From Chiloscyllium plagiosum (Eukaryota): a stretch of 24,147 bases of DNA. The stretch lies in the NCBI RefSeq assembly GCF_004010195.1, contig NC_057718.1, forward strand, positions 89,254,250-89,278,396, written 5' to 3'. The position numbers and the translations under genes are program-made. This document shows positions 1-10,768 of the stretch, piece after piece. Every line of letters starts with the position of its first letter. Position 1 is the first letter of the stretch. The notes beneath the pieces were generated by a model, which was not told where the DNA came from, did not search any database, and saw nothing but the letters and a program-made list of their open reading frames with translations.

Positions 1-410
1 GACTGGGATTCCTTTTCACTGGAGCGTAGGAGGTTGAGGGGTGACTTTGTAGAGGTTTATAAAATCATGAGGGGTGTAGACAGGGTAAACGGTAGGTATC
101 TTTTCTCTAGGATGGGGGATTTCAAGACTATTTTTAAGGTGAGAGGAGAGAGATTTTAAACAGACATGAGGGGCAACTGTTCTTACACAGAGGACCGTTC
201 ATGTGTAGAATGAATTTCCTGAGGAAGTGGAGGATGCAGGTACAGTTACAACATTTAAAAGACACTTAGATGAGTACGTGAATAAGAAAGGTTGAGAGGG
301 ATGTGGGCCAGGAGCAAGCAGGTGGGCCTAGTTTAGTTTGGGACTATGTTCAGCATGGACTGGTTGTGCCAAAGGGTCTGTTTCTGTGCTCTATGACTTG
401 ATGACTATGA
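1..410 (+). mobile_element. CR1-type LINE 3' fragment (ORF2 C-terminus and 3' tail)
   Basis: Encodes LERRRLRGDFVEVYKIMRGVDRV. Similar to 9740-10160 and ends in a ctatga-like short-repeat tail. Confidence 0.85.
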
Positions 411-789
411 GGAGTCTCTATTCTTTTAGCAGCACGCCATGGTTCAGAAGTTTTCAGATCACATTCAATTCAGTGCTGAGGGACATTGAGCAGATGGTGA
501 AGATATTGAAGAGCCCTGGTAAACTTTCCACTATCACAGAGATAGCACAGATCGTTCGTCTCCCTCAAAACATAGTCTGCAGGTGGCATTAAAAATAGCA
601 GCCAAAATGAAAAGTGATCAGCCTCAAGGGGGCATTCCAGGCATGAGTTTGTGCCACCAATGTGTTCACCTTCCAGGGAAAGGATAAGAGATCACACACC
701 TGCTACCCGTCCTCCTAGAGAGCTGAGGACGCTGTTAGAGATTAGTCCCTCGAGCAATGGATTTTTGGAGCTGGGGACCAAGTGGATTA

Positions 790-987
790 AAACAACAACA
801 GCGAAGTTGCTGGAAAAGCTCAGCAGGTCTGGCAGCATCTGTGAAGAGAAACCAGAGTTAATGTTTTGGGTCCAAAACGTTAACTCTGATTTCTCGTCAC
901 AGATGTTGCTTGACCCGCTGAGCTTTTCCAGCAATTTCTATTTTTTGTTTCTGATTTACAGCATCTGCAGTTCCTTTGGTTTTTATA
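790..987. mobile_element. Palindromic Penelope-like terminal-repeat remnant (fold-back element)
   Basis: Inverted arms 807-869 and 872-934 (56/63 match). The arm sequence resembles 16108-16210 and 17267-17416. Family assignment is by recognition. Confidence 0.65.
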
Positions 988-1094
988 GTGGATTAAAGTA
1001 AGTTGTGTTCATAGTTAAGTGTTAATGGTAAAACAGGTGAGGTTAAGGAATTTGGCGAGAGTTGTAGATTAAAGGGGATTGATCCGCTTTACAG

Positions 1095-2020
1095 TGTGTT
1101 AGCTTTTATTGGTAGAGGGATCGAGTTTCGGAACCACAAGGCCATGCTGCACCTGTACAAAACACTGATGTGGCCTCCCTTGGGAGTATTGTGTACAGTT
1201 CTGGTCACCGCATAATAGGAAGGATGTGGAAGCTTTGGAAAAGGTTCAGAAGAGATTTACTAGGCTGTTGCCTGGTATTGAAGGAAGGTTGAGGGACTTG
1301 AGGCTGTTTTCATTAGAGAGAAGAAAGTTGAGAGGTGACTTGAGACATATAAGATAATCAGAGGGTTAGATAGGGTGGACAGTGAGAGCCTTTTCCCTCG
1401 GATGGTGATGGCTAGCACAAGGCGGCATAGCTTCAAATTGAGGAGTGATAGATAAAGGACAGATGTCAGAGGTAGTTTCTTTACTCAGAGATTAGATTAG
1501 ATTACTTAGATTAGATTAGATTAGATTACTTACAGTGTGGAAACAGGCCCTTCGGCCCAACAAGTCCACACCGCCCCGCCGAAGCGCAATCCACCCTTAC
1601 CCCTACATTTACCCCTTACCTAACACTACAGGCAATTTAGCATGGCCAATTCACCTGACCTGCACATCTTTGGACTGTGGGAGGAAACCGGAGCACCCGG
1701 AGGAAACCCACGCAGACACTGGGAGAACGTGCAAACTCCACACAGTCAGTCGCCTGAGGTGGGAATTGAACCCGGGTCTCTAGCGCTGTGAGGCAGCAGT
1801 GCTAACCATTGTGCCATCGTGCCGCCCACTAGGTAGGGGTGTGGAATGCACTGCCTGCAACAGTAGTAGACTCGCCAACTTTATGGACATTTAAATGATC
1901 ATTGGATGGGCATATGGACAATAATGGAATAGTGTAGGTTAGATGGGCTTCAGATTAGTTTCACAGGGCGGTGCAACATCAGGGGCCTGTACTGAGCTGT
2001 AATGTTCGATGTTCTATGAT
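1095..2020 (+). mobile_element. CR1-type LINE 3' fragment interrupted by a SINE at 1491-1827
   Basis: Degenerate [31 protein letters not shown]...[14 protein letters not shown]. It resumes at about 1830 (VWNALP) and ends in a gttctat-like tail. Confidence 0.85.
1491..1827 (-). mobile_element. HE1-like V-SINE (tRNA-derived) with (TCTAA)n tail
   Basis: Minus strand shows A/B-box head (TGGCACAATGGTTAGC...GGGTTCAATTCC), V-domain TGTGTGGAGTTTGCACGTTCTCCC...GGGTTTCCTCCGGGTGCTCCGGTTTCCTCCCAC, and a LINE-like tail. Confidence 0.9.
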
Positions 2021-2202
2021 CTCTAAGGATAGCTAGTGAGCATGTGCAGAAGGAGTTGTCATAGCGATCCATGGAGCTGGAGCCTGGGCCTGTTGGTTTT
2101 CAAAGATGTCCCGACTTTATTGAATATTGTTATATTCAGTACAGCCTGCTCCTGTTCACTCACAAGAATGCAGACAGAAAATCATGTCAGTCGTGAATCA
2201 AG

Positions 2203-2460
2203 TTTTAAAAGGGACCTAAGGGGCAACCTTTTCCACACAGAGGGTGGCTTGTGTACGGTGCGAGCTGCCAGAGGAAGTGGCAGAAGCTGGAACAATTACA
2301 GCATTTAAAAGGCATCTGGGTGGGTAAATTAATAGGAAGGGTTTACAGGGATATGGGCCAAGTGCTTGCGAATGGGACCAGATTACTTTAGGAGATCTGG
2401 CCGGCATGGACGAGTTGGACCGAAGGATCGGTTTCTGTGCTGTACATCTCTATGACTCCA
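2203..2460 (+). mobile_element. CR1-type LINE 3' end
   Basis: FKRDLRGNLFHTE...ELPEEVAEAGTITAFKRHL; closely similar to 9904-10160 and 14540-14800. Confidence 0.85.
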
Positions 2461-2654
2461 AGAGTACAGATGCATCATGGGTAAGTTAGACAAGCACGTG
2501 AGGGAGATGAACTGTAGTGATAGACTGAGATGAGGAAGAGTGAGACACAAACACCGACACAGACTAGTCGGTCTGAATGGCATGTATAAAGTGGACAGCT
2601 CTCTTCATCAATTTTGATGGACCTGCTGGATAATTTCACCACTGCAATCCTTAC

Positions 2655-2693
2655 TGCTCTAGGTGAACGGAAGGGAGCTCTTTCTGTGTTCAT
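2655..2693 (-). CDS. Candidate coding part of an alternative first exon of a short nesprin isoform (MNTERAPFRSPRA)
   Basis: ATG at 2693-2691, 13 codons, then GCA|gtaagg donor in phase 0, the same phase as the exon F donor. It lies in non-repetitive sequence downstream of a TATA box. No transcript evidence. Confidence 0.4.
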
Positions 2694-2845
2694 TCCATTT
2701 GTGTGCGGTACTCAGGAGATAAGCATTTGTCTGCAATAGGGACTATGATAAAAAGTAATCAAGAAGAAAGACGAGTACAGGCAGGGAAACAGTAAGCATT
2801 TTGTTTATTTCTTTTTGCTTCTGGGACAAGAATCTCTCTGTATAG

Positions 2846-2916
2846 CTATTTATATTTCTAACACGTTCCTCCTTCAACTGCTGCCTCTCTGCTGTACGCA
2901 TCACCCAAGGCAACTG
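2846..2916 (-). promoter_or_regulatory. Candidate internal promoter: TATA box (MEF2-like) with two E-boxes
   Basis: Minus-strand TATAAATAG at 2854-2846. E-boxes CAACTG at 2875-2880 and 2911-2916, both reading AGCAGTTG on the minus strand. Confidence 0.4.
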
Positions 2917-3035
2917 CTCCAAACAGGACTCTCACCAATCTGAGGGGGAAGGCTACAGTGACTTGTGTGCATGACAGAGAGAAACCGTCATAAAAAGAGA
3001 CAACGTGAGTCAGATGAAGCGAAAGATTGCACAAG

Positions 3036-3423
3036 AAGATTTTGAAAAATCAGAACAAAGTTGAGAGAAAGAAACAGAGGGAGCTAAAGAGAGAGAAGGA
3101 GCGAGAGAGAGAGGGAGAGAGAGAGAGAGAGAGAGAGAGGGGAAAACAGAGAGTTGGAAGAGCTGCTGGCTTTTTTTGGCAGCTTCTTTGGCACATACAC
3201 TGTGTCTGACAGAAGCAAGAGAAAAGAATAAGATTTTGAAAAATCAGAACAAAGTTGAGAGAAAGAAACAGAGGGAGCTAAAGAGAGAGAAGGAGCGAGA
3301 GAGAGAGGGAGAGAGAGAGAGAGAGAGAGAGGGGGGAAAACAGAGAGTTGGAAGAGCTGCTGGCTTTTTTTGGCAGCTTCTTTGGCACATACACCGTGTC
3401 TGACAGAAGCAAGAGAAAAGAAT
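3036..3423. repeat. Tandem duplication of two 194-bp units, each containing a (GA)n tract
   Basis: 3036-3229 and 3230-3423 differ at only 2 positions by my reading. Confidence 0.92.
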
Positions 3424-3809
3424 GTTCACATTTCAAGCCTAATCCAGTACAATATCTCTGCACTGCAATGTCCTGCTAGCACCCAGCAGGGAATGTCCCT
3501 ACTTTTTCAGAAATCTTTGTCCACTTATGTGGGTAGAAATGATACCGGACAGTCTGTGGACCTGGTGAACAATCGCATTCCGAGCCCTTCCCCCATGCAG
3601 CAATCTTGTTCTGTGCCAATCTAAATCCCAGTACAAATACCAATGCGAGTGCTTCATGAAAAATGCATTTTGTCCAACCTGACACAGTCGAGATAAACAG
3701 TCCAGAGAACTCCAAGGTCAGTGAGAGTTGCACGGCATCATTTTGATCAAGCTGTTTCCCAGCTTTACCCCACTTGAACTTGCTGCATACCAACATACAA
3801 ATTTATATT

Positions 3810-3837
3810 CTATAAATAAACCCAACATCTGCAGATG
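3810..3837. promoter_or_regulatory. Candidate muscle enhancer core: MEF2 site plus tandem E-boxes
   Basis: CTATAAATAA (3810-3819) fits the MEF2 consensus CTA(A/T)4TA(G/A). The palindrome CATCTGCAGATG (3826-3837) holds two abutting E-boxes. Confidence 0.3.
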
Positions 3838-4022
3838 GCTCCCTCTGGTCACAGACGTATTTAGGCTGTTGGATTTGTAATATGAAACTGCAGAATTTTC
3901 CTAGCCACCCAGGTTAGAGAAAGTAATGGATCCCACTGGGTCTAAACTAGCAGGGCACAGGTTCACAGTGAGAGACACCCACCCACGTAAGTTCAGCTCT
4001 CACCAATATTGGTATCATAATT

Positions 4023-5130
4023 GAGTCATATAGAACAGTACAGACCCTTCAGCCCTTGATGTTGTGCTGACCTCTTTTTTTTAGAATTAGATTCCCTACA
4101 GTGTGGAAACAGGCCCTTCAGCCCAACACGTCCATACCGACCCTCCAAAGAGTATCCCACCCAGACCCATTCCCCCTACCCTATTACTCTACATTCCCCC
4201 TGACTAATGCAGCTAACCTACACATCCCTGAACATGATGGGCAACTTAGCTTGGTCAATTCACCTGACCTGCACATCTTTGGACTGTGGGAGGAAACTGG
4301 AGCACCCGGAGGAAACCCACGCAGACACGGGGAGAACATGCAAACTCCACACAGACAGTCGCCCGAGGCTGGAATCAAACCCGGGTCCCTGGCGCTGTGA
4401 GGCAGCAGTGCTAGCCGCTGAGCCTCCGCGCTGTCCCTACTCTTAAGATCAAACTAACTTACATACCCTTCATTGTACTTACCTCCACATGCCTATCCAA
4501 GAGTTGCTTAAATGTCCCTAATGTATCTGACTCTACTATCACTGCTGGCAATGTATTCCATGCACCCACCACTCTCTGTGCAAAGAACCTACCTCTGACA
4601 CCTCCCCTAAACCTTCCTCCAATCTCTTAACATTATGGTCCCTTGTGACAGCCATTTCTGCCATGGGAAAAAGTCTCTGGCTATCCACTCTATGCGTGTC
4701 ACCATCTTGTACACCTCTAGCAAGTCGCCTCTTGCCTTTCTTCACTCCATTGAGAAAAGCCCCAGCTCCCTCAACCTTTCTTCGTAAGACCTGCCCTCCA
4801 GTTCAGGCAGCATCCTGGTAAATCTCCTCTGTACCCTCTCTAAAGCTTCCACATCCTTCCTATAATGAGGTGACCAGAAGTGTGGTCTAACCAGGGCTCT
4901 ATAGAGCTGCAGCATAACCTTGTAGCTCTTAAACACAATCCCCCTGCTAATGACAGCCAATACACCGTATGCCTTCTTAACAACCCTATCAACTTGGATG
5001 GCACCTTTAGAGGACTCTATGGACATGGACCCCAAGATCCCTCTGTTCCTCTACACTGCCAAGAATCCTGCCTTTAACCTTGTATTCTGCATTCAAATTT
5101 GACCTTCCAAAATGAATCACTTCACACTTT
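4023..5130 (-). mobile_element. CR1-type LINE 3' fragment, interrupted near its tail by a SINE at 4081-4437
   Basis: ORF 4742-5035 reads QVDRVVKKAYGVLA...[52 protein letters not shown]. The tail remnant is at 4023-4075. Confidence 0.88.
4081..4437 (-). mobile_element. HE1-like V-SINE
   Basis: Same head, V-domain and tail (GGCCTGTTTCCACACTGTAGGGAATCT) as the other copies. Confidence 0.9.
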
Positions 5131-5535
5131 TATGAGCAATAACCTGCAGTTTCTTGCATCAGATCACTAAACTGTGAACCAAGTGGTGAATATCGACATT
5201 AATCAAGGAGAGATTGCAGTGTCTACTGTTCAATTATATTGGGGGTCTACCAGCAGAGATTCCAGGTCTCACTGTAGCATATGGACACCATTACAGGGCT
5301 CACTCCGTTAGCCTCTCGATGGTGACACTCTTATGATCTCAGTGGGGGCAACTGTAAACCAAAGTAACAAATTGACTGAATAAGCCCCAAATGAAGACAT
5401 TAACAAGATTTCACTTTCTATAAGGTCAACACCAATCAGAACTTATCTGAATTAAACACGAATTAACAAGTAAACAGCACTTCCACCAAAAGATACTTCT
5501 CACTTTGAACACGCAATGCAACAAAGATACCCGTA

Positions 5536-5873
5536 CACGGTGGCTCAGTGGTTGGCAGCTGCTGCCTCACAGCGCCAGGGTCTCGGGTTCAACTCCAGCC
5601 TCAGGTGACTGACTGTGTGGAGTTTGCACACTCTCCCCGCGCTTGCGTGGGTTTCCTCCGGTCGCTCCGATTTCCCCCCCTTAGTCCGAAGATGTGCAGG
5701 TTGGGTAGATTGGCCAGGCTAAAACTGCAGTATCTCCATAGTGCCCAGGTGAGTTAGCCATGAGAAATGCAGGGTTAGAGGATCAAGGGATGGGTCTGGG
5801 TGGGATGCACTTCGGAGGGTTGGCGTGGACTTGATGGGCCGAATGGCCTGCTTCCACACTGTGGGGATTCTGT
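5536..5873 (+). mobile_element. HE1-like V-SINE
   Basis: CACGGTGGCTCAGTGGTTGGCAGCTGCTGCCTCACAGCGCCAGGG head, V-domain, and GGGCCGAATGGCCTGCTTCCACACTGT tail. Confidence 0.9.
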
Positions 5874-6490
5874 AACAACCATTCCCTGCAGACGTACGGC
5901 ATCACAGAGCTCCACAATATCTTTGTATTTCTGATGATTTACAGTTTGCTGGATTTCAAGCCTTTATAGGCCTGCTCCAAGAGCTCGTGTTTCCTTCTGG
6001 CATCCAACAGGAAAATGGACCTCTTCCTCAGAGACATTAGTTTCTTTAGCTCCTCACAAAAATTTCCTGCATTCCTGTTTCTACCTTGGTCTGCTGTCTT
6101 TTTGTATACACATCTGTGCCTTCAACCCCCAGCTGTTCAGCCCATTGTGTCTTACTAGCTCTCTTTTGTGTCTGCCAGTTTGACACCTTCTTTCTTAACT
6201 TCCTCTCTACCGGTACTGCTTCCAGGTCAAGGTCACTAAATCACATGGGCCAACATTTGCAATGGTACAAAAAAACAATGATCAATCCCTTTACAATTGA
6301 TGCAAGCTCCTACAAGTCCTTTTCCAACATCCTTAAAAACCATTACTGACATTACATGAGTTACAAACTTTGTTCAGTCTGCAAGTAACACAAGGAAAAC
6401 GCAGTGACTGTATAAAATAGTTTAATGTGTCCTGGAAACAGATTCTCACTAGTATTCGGTGGTAAGTTCCTGAAAAGTAAGAATCTTTAC

Positions 6491-6819
6491 GGGCACAGTG
6501 GCTCAGTGGTTAGCACTGCTGCCTCACAGTGCCAGGGACCCGGGTTCGATTTCACCCTTGGGTGACTGTGTGGATTTTACACATTCTCCCCGTGTCTGCG
6601 TAGGTTTCCTCCGGGCTCTCCAGTTTCCTCCCGCAGGTTCTTGGGGCCATGTTTAAAATTGCCCCATAGTGTCCAGGTGTGTGCAGGATAGGTTGGGTTA
6701 GCCATGGGAAATGCAGGATTACAGGGTGGGGGGAGCGGGGCCCGGTGGGACGTGCTTCTGAGGGGCAGTGTGGACTCAATGGGCCGGGTGGCCTGCTTCT
6801 GCACTATAGGCACTCTATG
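6491..6819 (+). mobile_element. HE1-like V-SINE with a small internal deletion
   Basis: GGGCACAGTGGCTCAGTGGTTAGCACTGCTGCCTCACAG...GGGTTCGATT head, V-domain and tail. It ends about 90 bp from exon F. Confidence 0.9.
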
Positions 6820-6906
6820 ATGGGAGCAGGTGTTGTGGGTATCATGTTCTCGAGAATTGCCAGAGTATTGTGAAAACTGTGCGTGAGGAGTTGCCAATAC
6901 ACTTAC

Positions 6907-7098
6907 CGGAAGCTGCATCAACTTCTTGTAGTAGCGGTCTACTCGGCCGAAGACCTCCTGGTAGTACCGATGAAGTTCCTCCAGTTCTTCCTCGATGATT
7001 GCAGCGTCCATTGGCTCACTCTTCTCAATCAGCTGCTCTCCATCAACAAAGAGCTGGTCAATGCGGCTCGTGTTGAGAGCTATCTCCTGCTGGAAGGC
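6907..7098 (-). CDS. SYNE1: Nesprin coding exon F (192 bp, phase 0 to 0): AFQQEIALNTSRIDQLFVDGEQLIEKSEPMDAAIIEEELEELHRYYQEVFGRVDRYYKKLMQLP
   Basis: Acceptor ctccatctgcag| and donor CCG|gtaagt. This is the last spectrin-repeat segment before the adaptive domain; the next constitutive exon was not found in the window. Confidence 0.93.
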
Positions 7099-7197
7099 CT
7101 GCAGATGGAGAGAAAGCTTGTCAGTGCCCAGAGACAGGGGTAGCTACAGAGAAGGAAGTGAGGTGGCAAAGGATAAAAAATGCTTCTGACCTTTTCC

Positions 7198-7630
7198 ATA
7201 GAAGCCCTACAGTGTGGAAACAGGCCCAACAAGTCCACACCGACCCTCTGAAGAGTAACCCACCCAGACCCATTCCCCTACCCGATTACTGTGCATTTTC
7301 CCCGAACCAATGCACCTAACCTACACATTCCTGAACACTACGGGGCAATTTAGCACAGCCAATTCACCTAACCTGCACATCTTTGGATTGTGGGAGGAAA
7401 CCGGAGCACTCAGAGGAAACCCATGCAGACACGGGGAGAATATGCAAACTCCACACAGCCAGTCACCCGAGGCTGGGATTGATCCTCGGCACAGTGAGGC
7501 AGCAGTGCTAACCATTGAGCTACTGTGTCACCCCCTATAGAAACCCTACAGTGTAGAAGCAGGCCTTTCGGCCCATTAAGTTCACACCAACCCTCCGAAG
7601 AGCACCCCATCCACACCCACCTCCCTACCT
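7198..7630 (-). mobile_element. HE1-like V-SINE (7198-7533) plus an adjacent 3' fragment of a second copy (7537-7630)
   Basis: Reverse complement of head, V-domain and tail; a second CCCTACAGTGTAGAAGCAGGCC tail starts at about 7544. Confidence 0.88.
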
Positions 7631-7679
7631 TATTTTTTTAAAATCTCTCCCTCCAGTTTGAAAGTAAGAGATGATCTAT

Positions 7680-7906
7680 TTCTGTGGAATTCTTTACCAC
7701 AAAGGGCTATCAAGACTGGATCATTGAATATATTCGAGGCTGAGGTAGACTTGTAATTAATTAGTAAGGGAATCAAGGATTACAAAGCAAAGGCAGGAGA
7801 GTAGAGTTGAGGATTATCAAATCAGCCGTAATCTCACTGAATGGTGGAACAGACTCAATGGGCTGAATGGCCTACCTTTGCTCCTATGTCTATGTCTTAT
7901 GGTCAT
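7680..7906 (+). mobile_element. Older CR1-type LINE 3' end
   Basis: LWNSLPQRA...SLNIFEAEVD, then the tail GAGTTGAGG...ATCAGCC...GAATGG...GGGCTGAATGGCCTAC; homologous to 11810-12020. Confidence 0.75.
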
Positions 7907-9252
7907 ATTTCTTCAACTGGACATACGCGGTTCTATTCCAACCCACTCTTTCTAACCACAAAAACATTCCGTGTTTCGAGTTGTCCCCACGTGCTGCTTC
8001 CCACAATAAAGACCGAAATCCCCTCAGGTTTAATTCCCAGGTCTTCCACCCCATTTCCTCCTCCTCACAAAACATTCCCAAAATTTGCAAGTGCCTTGAC
8101 TCTGCTGTGGGAACAGTCAGGCTGGGTTTGTTGATCACTTGGCCTCTCCTGATAGATAGTGCATCTTAAAAATGGATGTCACTGACGAAGCTGGCATTTA
8201 ATTAGCCAATTCCAGCTTCCTGGGGAAAGTGGTCAGCAACTTCTTGAATGTTTTCAGACAACAGATGTGAAGGGAAAGGTGAATACTCAACCAGCCAGGT
8301 GTGGGATTAGACTCAATAACAAGGCCCGATCATTTAACAATGGCAGGTTACCTATGGCACATGAGTTCAGGGTCATGGTTTCTAATTGCCATCCTGTACC
8401 AAACCAGGCAACCTTTTAGTTTTACACATATCCCCTGCCAACTGGAATTAGAATTATACACCATAGCCAAGCCCATCAGCAGGACTGTTAGGCCTCCAAG
8501 TGGCTGAGTGTGGAGGCAGATGGGCACAAAAGGCCGGAGATACAGTATAGGGTGGAAGGTATAAAGGCTACCTGCCCACAAACAGTGAGCAAATAATTAA
8601 GTGTCTTTAAAGACTGATTGAGTAACCACAGTCAGGCGTGACTGGAATGTTTCACTTGGCCATTGTGTACCCAGTGGAATGGCGGACGGCAGGAGCTAGG
8701 CTAGCTGCCTGGAGGAGGCCCCCTGGTGGCAGACTGGGGTTGGACGGGAAGGAGTGGCGCTTGTGGCCTGGACACAGCTACAGCCCAGGGTCGCCCCTGC
8801 AGGGAGAGATGCCTTTCTGCTACAAATGCTGGAGACGTTTCTCCATTCGATAACTCGGAGCAAGGGCACCTCAACATGGAAGTGTCCTCCCTTCCTCTCC
8901 CTGGAGCTGCGGCAAGCTGCAGATTCCTCTGAGCTGGAAGGTCTCCTACCCACCCTCCAACTTGGAGAGTGTGACTGCCGTCATTAATCGGATGCAACTC
9001 TAGTCTCATTGGGCAATCTGGGGGAAATCACCGTCAGGTAACTACTCCTCACAACGCAGGGGTGTGATCCCACCTGACCCTGATGTCAGGATCCCGACCC
9101 AACGGGCAAAATCCTGTTCCAGCCTCTCCGCTCAGTTTCACAGCCGAGGCTGGAGTTTTTAAAAGTGGTTTATTTCACTGTCTAATACTTATATCTGCAT
9201 CACACTAGAGACAAAGCAATGTTTCTTCCTCTTGCTAGAAACTAGGCCAGAG

Positions 9253-10161
9253 TGACAAAATTAGTGGTGCAGTGGACCAGTGAAGGTTACCTCAGATTAC
9301 AATGGGATCTTGAACAGCTGGGCCAATGGGCTGGGGAGTGGCAGATGAAGTTTCATATAGGTAAATGTGAGGTGCTGCATTTTGGGAAAGCAAACCAGGG
9401 CAGGACTTATACACCTAATGGCAAGGTCCTAGGGAGTCTTGCTGAATAAAGAGACCTTGGAGTGCAGATTCATAGCTCCTTGAAACTGGAGTCGCAGTTA
9501 CATAGGATAGTGAAGGCGGCATTTGGTATGCTTTCCTTTATTGGTCAGAGTATTGAATATAGGGTTTGGGGAGGTCACGTTGCGGCTGTACAGGACATTG
9601 ACCAGGCCACTTTTGGAATACTGTGTGCAATTCTGGTCTTTTTGCTGTAGAAAAGATGTTGTGAAATTTGAAAGGGTTCAGAAAAGATTTACAAAGATGT
9701 TGCCGTTATCAGAAGATTTGAGCTATCGGGAGAGGCTGAACAGGCTGGGGCTGTTTTCCTTGGAGCGTCGGAAGCTGAGGGGGGACCTTATAGAGGTTTA
9801 CAAAATTATGAGGGGCATGGATAGGGTGAATGGTCAAGGTCTTTTCCTCAGGATAGGCAAGTCCCAAACTAGAGGGCATAGGTTGAAGGTGAGAGGGGAA
9901 AGATTTAAAAGGAGCCGAAGGGACAACTTTTTCACGCAGAGGATGGTGTGTGTATGGAATGAGCTGCCAGAGGAAGTGGTGGAAGCTGGTACAATTACAA
10001 CATTTAAAAGGCATCTGGATGAGCATATGAATAGAAAGGGTTTTGAGGGATATGGGCCAAATGCTGGCAAATGGGATGAGATTTATTTAGAATATCTGGT
10101 CGGTATGGACAAATTGGACCGAAGGGTCTGTTTCCGTGCTGTGCATCTCTATGACTCTGTG
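9253..10161 (+). mobile_element. 5'-truncated CR1-type LINE (end of RT domain and ORF2 C-terminus)
   Basis: LQWDLEQLGQWAGEWQMKFHIGKCEVLHFG...[18 protein letters not shown]...[24 protein letters not shown]...WNELPEEVV. Contains a stop (9447-9449) and a frameshift near 9570. Confidence 0.92.
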
Positions 10162-10768
10162 ACAATTAATATCAAACCAAATTACTGCTAACAACACATT
10201 ATTGACACATCACTGTGAGAGAAAGTCCTCACTGATATTCTCACTCCCTCGAAATTAAGTCATCGCCTCAGAGATTTTGGAGGTCATTAAACTCAGGAAC
10301 ACGTCAAACAACCAAATATAGACCGATTTTAAAAATAAACCCTCCAGCCAGCATCCCAGCATAAAACAAAAAAGAGTAAGGTTTGGTCAATATATTCAAC
10401 ATTAAACTGGGAATTAAACTGAGATAAGGATTAAGATTTTTGAATGTGACATCGAATTTGGATCTATTTGCTATGCTGTTGGGCTGATGCAAAGATTTTG
10501 GGAAAAGACAACTGTAGCTTTCAAAACCTAAAGCTGGAGGTTTTAAAACTCAAAGCGGTCTGACTGCCTCCCTTTCTTACAAAGCTGGCTGAGACACTTG
10601 CAATTGGAGTGGTTTTGTACTGCAGGCACACAGTTGATCATAGAAACCAATTCTGTCCTATCCCGGTCCCTCGATACAAATGGAGTGAGGAAAAGAAATC
10701 CTGTCGAGAGGCCAATGATGAGACCTTGCCCTTCGGTCTGAATGCCACCCCTCAGTCCTTGCACCTAC

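Noticed and set aside
2655..2730. Internal cassette exon using the acceptor-like cctattgcag at 2731
   Set aside because: At 76 nt it would shift frame, and it has an in-frame TAG when joined to exon F. It is possible only as a UTR or poison exon, with no support.
2936..2973. Second possible first exon (MHTSHCSLPPQI-G|gtgaga)
   Set aside because: The donor is phase 1, which is incompatible with the phase-0 downstream exon, and joining it to 2730 reaches a stop.
5536..5600. tRNA genes at SINE heads (also 6491 and 16313)
   Set aside because: A/B boxes are present but continue directly into the V-SINE body, and no complete cloverleaf is evident.
8300..9120. GC-richer stretch with several short overlapping ORFs
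   Set aside because: No recognisable protein or exon structure. It is probably a decayed non-autonomous repeat, but I could not define its ends or family.
9523..10191. 222-aa ORF as an independent or domesticated gene
   Set aside because: It is the C-terminus of a 5'-truncated CR1 ORF2 with an upstream stop and frameshift, and it lacks the RT catalytic core.
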